58,475 nucleotides of DNA, taken from a virus. Below the pieces are notes generated by a model. It was not told the DNA's origin, searched no databases, and worked only from the letters and a program-made list of their open reading frames with translations. The stretch is from the IMG/VR virus record IMGVR_UViG_3300045988_031867; one strand, given 5' to 3'. This document shows, piece after piece, positions 16,419 to 23,056 of this stretch (within the stretch, counting starts at the first letter, position 1; every line of letters starts with the position of its first letter). The position numbers were made by a program, and so were the translations under genes.

Positions 16419-16795
16419 ATATCGCCCTCCGTCCTATTGTTAGCTCTGTATGTGTCAAAACCCTTAGGGTAACGTGCTTTGAGTTTGTCAATGTTTGTCT
16501 GCATGACATCATCAAGCGTAAATTCGCAAGCGTCACATATCATTGCCAAGTACCATGCGCAATCACCCAGCTCCTTTTTGAGGTGTTCTAAGTCTATGCC
16601 TTTTTCGTGGAATATGCCCTTCTTGATAAGGTCTGAGACTTCCCCGGCCTCGCCAGTAAGTCCTAATGCTCCATTAAGCAACTGTGATACTGATATGTCA
16701 CCCTGATTTGCTATTGCGTCCTCTAACCGCAGTCTATTAAGTCCATCGTTGGTTCTCATTGCCAACTGCTGATATTCTTTGCCTGTCATATTCAT
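16415..16795 (-). CDS. mazG: MazG-like nucleoside triphosphate pyrophosphohydrolase
   Basis: 126 aa with LGLTGEAGEVSDLIKK and ELGDCAWYLA motifs (EExxE/D-type MazG core). SD AAAGGAGA. Confidence 0.8.
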   Translation of the reverse strand: MNMTGKEYQQLAMRTNDGLNRLRLEDAIANQGDISVSQLLNGALGLTGEAGEVSDLIKKGIFHEKGIDLEHLKKELGDCAWYLAMICDACEFTLDDVMQTNIDKLKARYPKGFDTYRANNRTEGDI

Positions 16796-17089
16796 TCTCC
16801 TTTATGTGATAAGGGCTTTTTATTTTTGTCGGAGTTTTCGGGACTTAGAGAGGGCATATCCAGCAACCATATAACCCCCACCCGGGCTGGTCCCGTGTCA
16901 TCAGCCCATTTATACACAATTCTCAAACAATTCATGCAATAGCGTTATCATTCCATCCTGTTCTGCTCAACTATTCGTTAAACCTAACTTTTGCGAATAG
17001 TTTACAATAGGCTGTAAATCCGCAAACCCTTATAAATAGGGCATTTGTGAATTGTATAGAATTGTGTGAAAACTCCATGTGATAAAACA

Positions 17090-17719
17090 TCAATTATCAC
17101 TGTCAATCACGGAGCTATTATCGGACAACTCAAGCGGTCTCGGCTGCTGTCCGAGCTGTATCAACGCATCGGCTCCAAGGGCTTCTCTCTCCGTTCTCTC
17201 CGCTCTGGCTCCCGGCATATTCCAGCCGTGGTATCTGTTTAACTTAGGTAACACTTTCATAGGATTAAGCCTTCTATCTTTCATCAGGTTGAATAGGCTC
17301 TCTTCGTTATCTTCGGCTATTTTTTTAGCCAAATCGGAACGCTGAGAACCAAGTACACCGTTAGACCAGTCATACAACGTCTGTCTATTTATACCAGACA
17401 TATCAAGAAAGCCCTTAATAGTCACCTCTTGACAATGACTATTACACAGACGCTTATATATATAATTATAAACATATTCAACTTTGTCTATGTCATACTC
17501 ATTATGAATACCGTCTACTTTTTTAAGTACTTTATTACATGGACCAAACAGTAATATGTTTAACTCTGTAATTATGTCAGCCCATATAGTCGGAAATATA
17601 TCATTCTCGTCAATGTTATGTCTATTGCAGTAATTAGTGACTATATCACTAGCTACAATTCTCATATCATCAACAGTCCTGATTGTCTGAATATCATAAC
17701 CGTTATTATCGTCACACAT
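17090..17719 (-). CDS. terS: Terminase small subunit (putative)
   Basis: 209 aa with strong SD GGAGGTGA, the first gene after a long AT-rich promoter region. HTH-like GINRQTLYDWSNG is followed by LFNLMKDRRLNPMKVLPKLNRYHGWN, a pattern typical of TerS proteins. Confidence 0.55.
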   Translation of the reverse strand: MCDDNNGYDIQTIRTVDDMRIVASDIVTNYCNRHNIDENDIFPTIWADIITELNILLFGPCNKVLKKVDGIHNEYDIDKVEYVYNYIYKRLCNSHCQEVTIKGFLDMSGINRQTLYDWSNGVLGSQRSDLAKKIAEDNEESLFNLMKDRRLNPMKVLPKLNRYHGWNMPGARAERTEREALGADALIQLGQQPRPLELSDNSSVIDSDN

Positions 17720-17954
17720 AATATAATCACCTCCAAATCATAATCTTAATCTCTCTCACACATGAGATTATCATATCACATGATTGGTGACATGACTATA
17801 TACATAAAGTATATAAAATATAACTTTGGGGTATTTAAGCATAGTACTTTGGTACTAATCGCATATACAGTATATAATTATATACGTTTTTTAAAAAAAC
17901 TGATTATTTATTTACAAATTCTCATTAATCTCATCTTCTCTAATCTTATCTTTT

Positions 17955-17993
17955 CTAGGCTACATTCTGTTGACAGTTTGTATACAGATTTTA
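17955..17993. repeat. Conserved 39-bp element, copy 1 (TTGACAG + TGTATACA palindrome)
   Basis: ctaggctacattctgttgacagtttgtatacagatttta matches 50876-50914 at 33/39 positions by hand count. The flanking taatcttatct is also shared. Confidence 0.8.
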
Positions 17994-18250
17994 TCACGTT
18001 AATGCAATGATGTGGTAACTGCAGGCTTCCGGCAGTTCTGAAAGTTATAATATAATATACATTTGCGAATCATTTTTGGGGATTAAATAAGATACATTGT
18101 TAAGATATTAACAGAACGACAAAAAGACTATATAACCAGTTGTTAATAGTCTAAAAATATAAATGTGTGAGATTATTTAATTATTATTATAATAACATTA
18201 AGTTAATTTTTTGTCAATGATTAAAATACATCAATATAAAATATGATACA

Positions 18251-18279
18251 TTGACAATCAGCCGTAAATCATGTATGCT
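18251..18279 (+). promoter_or_regulatory. Sigma-A-type promoter (plus strand)
   Basis: TTGACA at 18251-18256, a 17-nt spacer, and TATGCT at 18274-18279 preceded by TG. Confidence 0.55.
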
Positions 18280-18285
18280 GTGAGA

Positions 18286-18431
18286 GCTGGAAGTGCCGAC
18301 CGTTAATGTCGCTTGGTATCATTGTTTAATCGGTCGTGACTTGGCAGGAGCCATTATTATTTAATTTAATAGGCACTTTACAGCAGAAAACGAACCGGGA
18401 AAGTTCTTAACCTCGCCCGGTTCGCTTTTTT
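18286..18431 (+). ncRNA. Candidate ~145-nt small RNA (promoter-to-terminator unit without ORF)
   Basis: Bounded by the promoter above and a 9-bp-stem terminator at 18391-18431. An internal long-range stem pairs aagtgcc (18291-97) with ggcactt (18372-78), enclosing hairpin cgaccg/cggtcg. No SD-led ORF is present. Confidence 0.4.
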
Positions 18432-18846
18432 AATACAGATTTTCAAACGCTTCTGAAATTGAAGCTGTCAATTTTGAACTGGACAACTTGGAATTGCCGG
18501 CTTTTTCGACAGCTTTCGGCAAATTGTTTTTAAAATCGGATGCCGCTCTTAACGCATCTGATTTTATCTCTCGCCATGTGCGGTCAACTATATTAATATA
18601 ATAGTCACACTGTGAGCCGCTTCCGGTCGGCTTGTGGTCGGATATTCTGATTTTATAACAATTTCCGTCATTGTCGGAAATTGTCAGATAATTGCTCATG
18701 CCATAACATGAGCTTTCATCATGCAGACAAGATAAACCTGTCTGTGATTCTACCTTGCTTGCAAGGCACTCACACCTTGCCGCAAGGTAGTTCTTGCATG
18801 TGTAGTACCTTGTTCTATTTTTATCATCGAATTTAAAATCTGACAT
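18430..18846 (-). CDS. Hypothetical Cys-rich protein (KIRISDH motif)
   Basis: 138-aa ORF with SD GAAGGAGGA. Function unknown. Confidence 0.65.
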   Translation of the reverse strand: MSDFKFDDKNRTRYYTCKNYLAARCECLASKVESQTGLSCLHDESSCYGMSNYLTISDNDGNCYKIRISDHKPTGSGSQCDYYINIVDRTWREIKSDALRAASDFKNNLPKAVEKAGNSKLSSSKLTASISEAFENLY

Positions 18847-18878
18847 TTTAAATCCTCCTTCATTTTTTATTTTTAAAA

Positions 18879-18928
18879 AGCAACCCGGGGAGTTGAACCC
18901 CGGCAGTGCGCCGCCTCCGGCGGTTGCC
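18879..18928 (-). other. tRNA-like minihelix element A (7-bp acceptor-like stem, 4-bp hairpin, canonical T-arm)
   Basis: Minus strand: ggcaacc gccggaggcggc gcactgc cgggg ttcaact ccccg ggttgct, then TTTT. It starts 7 nt after the stop of ORF 18936..19208. Confidence 0.6.
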
Positions 18929-18935
18929 TAACTGT

Positions 18936-19208
18936 TTACCGCAAACCGAGTGCCTCCAACTCGCTGCGTTCCCAGTCGCTGACAACACAGCGTATCGCCA
19001 GCTCTGGGTCATATCCGTACTTCAATGTACGGAGTTTTGAGCAATACTCATCTGCGCATCGCTCGATGAAATCACAATCACTAGGGTTAATTGTGATTGT
19101 GTCGTTCTCAAGGAGTTCTGGCAGCTCCCTGAGAACTTTTTTAATTTTTATAACTGCTGCTGGGTCGGCAGCTCTGTTTTCTCTTCTCCACTGAATTTTA
19201 AAATCCAT
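18936..19208 (-). CDS. Hypothetical protein
   Basis: 90-aa ORF with SD AGGAGGTG. Confidence 0.65.
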   Translation of the reverse strand: MDFKIQWRRENRAADPAAVIKIKKVLRELPELLENDTITINPSDCDFIERCADEYCSKLRTLKYGYDPELAIRCVVSDWERSELEALGLR

Positions 19209-19283
19209 GTTGGCACCTCCTGAATTTTAATTTTTCGTGTAGCAAACACACGTTCGGAAATTCTTCTCCCTTCCGACATCATT

Positions 19284-19317
19284 ATAATAGCATATCTTTA
19301 TCACTTTTGCAAGTGAT
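19284..19317 (-). promoter_or_regulatory. Promoter (TTGCAA-17-TATTAT) with overlapping operator ATCACT-N6-AGTGAT
   Basis: Inverted repeat at 19300-19317. The -35 is at 19307-19312 and the -10 at 19284-19289 on the minus strand. The same operator recurs at 19664-19681. Confidence 0.6.
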
Positions 19318-19321
19318 ATTT

Positions 19322-19570
19322 TTAATTTTTTGAAAAAATTCTTAATTTCTTCTCGCGCTCCTCTGCTGTCTCTTCATATATAAAAATGTCCTTCGGCTGC
19401 AAATCCAGTATCAGGCACAGGTTGTTGAGCGTTGTTAAGTTAATTCCTGTATCTTCATTCTTAATCTTCCTTAATGCGTCTTGGCTTATCAGCCTGGTTG
19501 TTTTGGCTTTATAAGTATTGAAGCCGGCGCGCTCCAAGGCATCGCCCACGTTAAATTTATACTTAAGCAT
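19322..19570 (-). CDS. XRE-like helix-turn-helix regulator
   Basis: Start moved to ATG 19570 behind SD GGAGGTGA. MLKYKFNVGDALERAGFNTYKAKTTRLISQDALRKIKN...LTTLNNLCLILDLQPKDIF looks like an HTH pattern. 82 aa. Confidence 0.6.
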   Translation of the reverse strand: MLKYKFNVGDALERAGFNTYKAKTTRLISQDALRKIKNEDTGINLTTLNNLCLILDLQPKDIFIYEETAEEREKKLRIFSKN

Positions 19571-19657
19571 CTTATCACCTCCTCGTTGTGTTTTTAATAT
19601 ATGGCAGTTTTTAAAAAAAGTCAATAAAAATATTTCTAAAAAAAGTGATAAAACCTA

Positions 19658-19686
19658 TTGACTATCACTGATAAAAGTGATATTAT
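19658..19686 (+). promoter_or_regulatory. Promoter TTGACT-17-TATTAT whose spacer is filled by operator ATCACTgataaaAGTGAT
   Basis: The -35 is at 19658-63, the operator at 19664-81 and the -10 at 19681-86. An extra AGTGAT half-site lies at 19644-49. Confidence 0.65.
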
Positions 19687-19761
19687 AATATCAACGAAAG
19701 GGAAATAGAACAGATGCAGAACATGTGTTTGTTGTACCCAAAAACAAGGAGGTGACTATAT

Positions 19762-19941
19762 ATGATGTTAATGGCAAGCGTGAGATATGAGGGAGAGATA
19801 CAAGTTGTAAAAAATGATACTTTTACAACAAAGAGAGCTTATGCAGATGCTCTCCGAGGCAACGGTTATCGCGTTCGCTTTATCGCCAAGCCGGAGGAGT
19901 TCGACGAGGTTTGCGAGAATTTTTACAGCCGTAAAAAATAG
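19762..19941 (+). CDS. Hypothetical protein, 59 aa
   Basis: SD AAGGAGGTGA lies 7 nt before ATG 19762. MMLMASVRYEGEIQVVKNDTFTTKRAYADALRGNGYRVRFIAKPEEFDEVCENFYSRKK. It is below the ORF-track cutoff. Confidence 0.6.
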   Translation: MMLMASVRYEGEIQVVKNDTFTTKRAYADALRGNGYRVRFIAKPEEFDEVCENFYSRKK

Positions 19942-19983
19942 CCGCCGTAGAGGATGCCAGCCGGACCGATACCGGCGGCGGTT
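19940..19983 (+). other. tRNA-like minihelix element D (degenerate T-loop)
   Basis: agccgcc gtagaggatgcca gccgg accgata ccggc ggcggtt. The 5' strand overlaps the TAG stop. It is followed by hairpin cccct-ctttat-agggg at 19986-20001. Confidence 0.4.
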
Positions 19984-20034
19984 CTCCCCTCTTTATAGGG
20001 GTATTAAAATTTTAACATTATAAGGAGGACGAAT

Positions 20035-20547
20035 ATGGGAGAAATAATACAGTTTCCCGTTAAGAAGAGCAACGGATATTACAATCTTACTGCACTGTTT
20101 GAAATCTGCGACAGTGTCGCAAGCTGCAACGCCTATCTGGACATTTCGGAGACGCTTTTCGGAAATGGTGACATTTCCGAAAACGAACTTCACACCCTAC
20201 GCCGTATCGGCAGGGGCAAGCGTCTTGAACTTGCTACCCCGCCGCAAAAGGAGGCGCTGAAGGCTGAGAAGCCCGGGACTTATGTATATACCCCGGAAAT
20301 GGGGCAACAGAAACCGGAGGGCTGTCAGATAGAAGCCCACCGCGCATATTACGGAGGGCATATATTTATCGACACTCCGTTAGAGCTTAAGGGGCGTGGC
20401 ATCCAGTTTTTAAAAACGTACAGGCCCGGCGACTTGACAAGCTCCGGGCAGTATAAGAGCGGCTGGAACGCTTATAAAGTCACGAATAGAGCTTACGCCC
20501 TACTGAAAACGCGGTATGCGATTTCATGGGAAAGCTGTTTGGATTAA
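20035..20547 (+). CDS. Hypothetical protein
   Basis: 170-aa ORF with SD AAGGAGGA. Confidence 0.7.
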   Translation: MGEIIQFPVKKSNGYYNLTALFEICDSVASCNAYLDISETLFGNGDISENELHTLRRIGRGKRLELATPPQKEALKAEKPGTYVYTPEMGQQKPEGCQIEAHRAYYGGHIFIDTPLELKGRGIQFLKTYRPGDLTSSGQYKSGWNAYKVTNRAYALLKTRYAISWESCLD

Positions 20548-20597
20548 GGCAATCACCGGAGGCGGTGCACTGCCGGGGTTCGATTCCCCGGGTTGCT
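20548..20597 (+). other. tRNA-like minihelix element B
   Basis: ggcaatc accggaggcggt gcactgc cgggg ttcgatt ccccg ggttgct starts on the base after the TAA stop. It matches element A at 45/50 positions with compensatory changes. It is followed by hairpin tctccc-ttag-gggaga. Confidence 0.6.
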
Positions 20598-20650
20598 TTT
20601 CTCCCTTAGGGGAGACATTAAAAATACATCATTTTTTTAGGAGGCGTTTT

Positions 20651-20923
20651 ATGATTAAAAAAATAATTGAAGAATTAACGCGGCTAGAGCGATTGGAGGA
20701 AATCGCAAATCAAGCTGATGCGGACTATGACCGCGAGCCTGAAAATGCGGCTTATGAGAAAGCATTTGATGAAGCGTATAAAAATGAATACGCCGCGTTT
20801 ATAGGCGTTGCTACAATGCTAGCTACATGGCTTGGCATTGATATATCCACAGCGCGTGCGATGGTAAACGGGAAGCGCGCGGAATTGTGGGACGTGTTAA
20901 AACGTGCAGCAATTCAAGCCTAA
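20651..20923 (+). CDS. Hypothetical protein
   Basis: Start moved to ATG 20651 behind SD TAGGAGGC. 90 aa, helical. Confidence 0.65.
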   Translation: MIKKIIEELTRLERLEEIANQADADYDREPENAAYEKAFDEAYKNEYAAFIGVATMLATWLGIDISTARAMVNGKRAELWDVLKRAAIQA

Positions 20924-20968
20924 GTGACGGCAGGTGCCAACGTGGGCGGTTCGATTCCGCCCGTCACT
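20923..20968 (+). other. tRNA-like minihelix element C
   Basis: agtgacg gcaggtgccaacgtg ggcgg ttcgatt ccgcc cgtcact, then TTTTT. The first base is the last base of the TAA stop. The acceptor-like stem is a perfect 7 bp. Confidence 0.55.
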
Positions 20969-21019
20969 TTTTTCAGTCGATAAAGTCGGCTAGATAATTA
21001 AATATATGGAGGTATTAAA

Positions 21020-21322
21020 ATGAAAAAACTAGATATTTATAGTTGTAATGACGCATTTGCGTCTAGCAATGAAATCATGGAGCTTGTAGCCAAAAAAACG
21101 GCTACAAGTGAGGCACTTATGTTGACGTGTCTGTCAAAGAGCACAGTTGAGATGTTGGCTTATGCAGTGGCTGGCAGCGTCGACCACGCGTTAATGGGAG
21201 GGCTAGCGGTTTCAGTAATCGCCGGCGACACTTGGTTATTTTGCGATTTTGGTGTTCGCAAAACTGAGGTCGTGTTTGATAATAGTCGCAAGGCTGAACT
21301 TCTCAGCTTTTATGGCTTGTAA
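21020..21322 (+). CDS. Hypothetical protein
   Basis: 100-aa ORF with SD TGGAGGT. Confidence 0.65.
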   Translation: MKKLDIYSCNDAFASSNEIMELVAKKTATSEALMLTCLSKSTVEMLAYAVAGSVDHALMGGLAVSVIAGDTWLFCDFGVRKTEVVFDNSRKAELLSFYGL

Positions 21323-21338
21323 AGAAGAATAAGCAGTT

Positions 21339-21368
21339 AAAAAGAGAACTTTCAGAAGTTCTCTTTTT
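21339..21368. terminator. Bidirectional intrinsic terminator
   Basis: aaaaagagaactt-tcag-aagttctcttttt. Confidence 0.8.
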
Positions 21369-21576
21369 GTCGTTCCTTGACAAATTGAAATCGAAGTGCT
21401 ATTTTATCATCAAGCGGACAACTGCACCCTTAATGAGCGGCGGCTTGTAACGTAATGCTGTTTGGCGGTCTGTTTGTTGTGCCTAACTTTATTGTCATAG
21501 GCAGAGCCGTGGTGACTTTGGGTGTGACATTCTACTGGTCCCACTGTCATACAGAGCTGTTTTTGGCTCAAAAACA

Positions 21577-21808
21577 ACACCAAATCAGAGCTAAATTTTG
21601 CGAAAATCTGAAATTAATTTTTAAAATTTACGTTTCGGGTATAGGGGCGTACCAAAAATGTTGACCCGAAAATTTTAGGGAAAATTTTTGAAAAAAATAT
21701 CGAGAAAATCAGAAAAAATGACACCAAATCGGAGCCAAATTTCACAAGAATTTGACTTCGATTTTTTATTTTTCATTTCCATAGGTGGGGGCGATTAAAA
21801 ATTTTTGC
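21577..21808. repeat. Diverged tandem duplication (two ~88-bp units, 144-bp period) in an AT-rich non-coding region
   Basis: Unit A begins acaccaaatcagagctaaatttt and ends ataggggcgtaccaaaaatgttg. Unit B (from 21721) begins acaccaaatcggagccaaatttc and ends ataggtgggggcgattaaaaatttttg. Many phased A/T tracts. Confidence 0.6.
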
Positions 21809-21809
21809 A

Positions 21810-21950
21810 TTATTTTTTGACTTGATTCTGTGCAGTAAAAACCACAGACTTAGCCGTATATATGCTTTGGCTAAGTTCGTATAGCATACGTTCCATGGTC
21901 ATTTCCGGGTTAGTTCTCCGAATGTACTCTAATAACTGTTCTGCTGTCAT
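21810..21950 (-). CDS. Hypothetical protein, 46 aa
   Basis: SD GGAGGG lies 5 nt before ATG 21950, with ATGA coupling to the upstream stop. MTAEQLLEYIRRTNPEMTMERMLYELSQSIYTAKSVVFTAQNQVKK. Confidence 0.45.
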   Translation of the reverse strand: MTAEQLLEYIRRTNPEMTMERMLYELSQSIYTAKSVVFTAQNQVKK

Positions 21951-22267
21951 ACTGCCCTCCGAGATAAGCTTGACATAATATTGTCAAGCAAATAAATCAA
22001 ATCAGTGCCGTACAAGCTTATCCAGTTAGCGAGGTATTCCTCCTGCTCAATCGGCATTGATATGGCATAGCTAAAACAAAACGCATGGCATAGCTCATGA
22101 GCGATTATACGCCTCAGATAAGCCCCTTTAGGTGCTAGCGATACAAATATACTCTTGCGGTTCCAATCGGTCACAGCAAGGCTTGTAGTGCCGTCTGAGC
22201 GCAATAAGTCAGGACTTGAATTATTGACAAATATTAAGTTCCAGTTAATGCCGTTGATTGTAAACAT
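21947..22267 (-). CDS. Small HExxH metallopeptidase-like protein
   Basis: Start moved to ATG 22267 behind GAGGT. The IIAHELCHAF motif lies in a 106-aa protein. Confidence 0.55.
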   Translation of the reverse strand: MFTINGINWNLIFVNNSSPDLLRSDGTTSLAVTDWNRKSIFVSLAPKGAYLRRIIAHELCHAFCFSYAISMPIEQEEYLANWISLYGTDLIYLLDNIMSSLSRRAV

Positions 22268-22313
22268 TTTATACCTCACAATGGTAGGAGCATTTCTGCC
22301 CCTACCTCATAAA

Positions 22314-23045
22314 TCACATCTTAGTCAACAAGATTGACATTTTGCTCTTCATAAGTGAACGCTCTTCTGGTGTCATGTCGCTTATCATGTCGGTTAAGTC
22401 TGTTGACAGCTCCTTCATATACTCATCAAGTGACTGCATTTTTGCGTCCTTGTCCTGCTGGGTGTTTGCCTTGTGCTGTTCCTTAGCTTCCATGTAATGC
22501 TTGCGGCTTATACCGCTTCTGCCCTCACGCATATCACGTTCCGTAGAACTGCCGCCTCTCGGCTGGTCAATCATTCCCATGCGGTCTGACGTGTCGGTGT
22601 AATACATTCTGCCCCGGCTTAATCTGTCCATGTCTCTCATGCGCTCCATGCTGTCATAATCCATATCTGCCATATCGCCCGGGTATCTGTGCCAGTATGG
22701 TGGCTCCTCGTAGCCACGTCTGCCTACATAACTGCCCTTGCCCTTTGGTGCATACCTGCCAGTACGCATATAGCGGTATTCATCATAGTATCTTCTGCCG
22801 CCCTCTTCGCCATACTCATCCTTTAAGGTTCTGAGAAGTTCCTTGTTATACTCTTCCTCTTCCTCATCAGCTTTCTTCATAGACTTAACGATAACAGCCT
22901 TGTACTCTGCTTCGCACAAGTCCTTAATCATATCGACCGCTTCGCCCATTTCCTCTGTGTTGACATTCTCAACACCCTTATCAAGCTCACATAAGGCTTT
23001 CTCTGTAAGACATTCAATCATTTTGTGGATTCTTTCAATGTGCAT
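22314..23045 (-). CDS. Low-complexity Arg/Tyr/Asp/Met-rich protein
   Basis: 243 aa with helical ends flanking GRRYYDEYRYMRTGRYAPKGKGSYVGRRGYEEPPYWHRYPGDMADMDYDSMERMRDMDRLSRGRMYY. Confidence 0.65.
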   Translation of the reverse strand: MHIERIHKMIECLTEKALCELDKGVENVNTEEMGEAVDMIKDLCEAEYKAVIVKSMKKADEEEEEYNKELLRTLKDEYGEEGGRRYYDEYRYMRTGRYAPKGKGSYVGRRGYEEPPYWHRYPGDMADMDYDSMERMRDMDRLSRGRMYYTDTSDRMGMIDQPRGGSSTERDMREGRSGISRKHYMEAKEQHKANTQQDKDAKMQSLDEYMKELSTDLTDMISDMTPEERSLMKSKMSILLTKM

Positions 23046-23056
23046 CTTCTCACCCC

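Noticed and set aside
19814-20193. Track ORFs 19814..20023 (+) and 19993..20193 (-)
   Set aside because: A 59-aa frame with a perfect SD (19762..19941) and the SD-led 20035..20547 ORF explain this DNA better. The track ORFs run through the structured element and lack SDs.
18879-20968. Treating the four T-arm-containing elements as genuine tRNA genes or tRNA pseudogenes
   Set aside because: They are only 44-50 nt and have no anticodon arm or D-arm of normal size. They are reported as tRNA-like elements instead.
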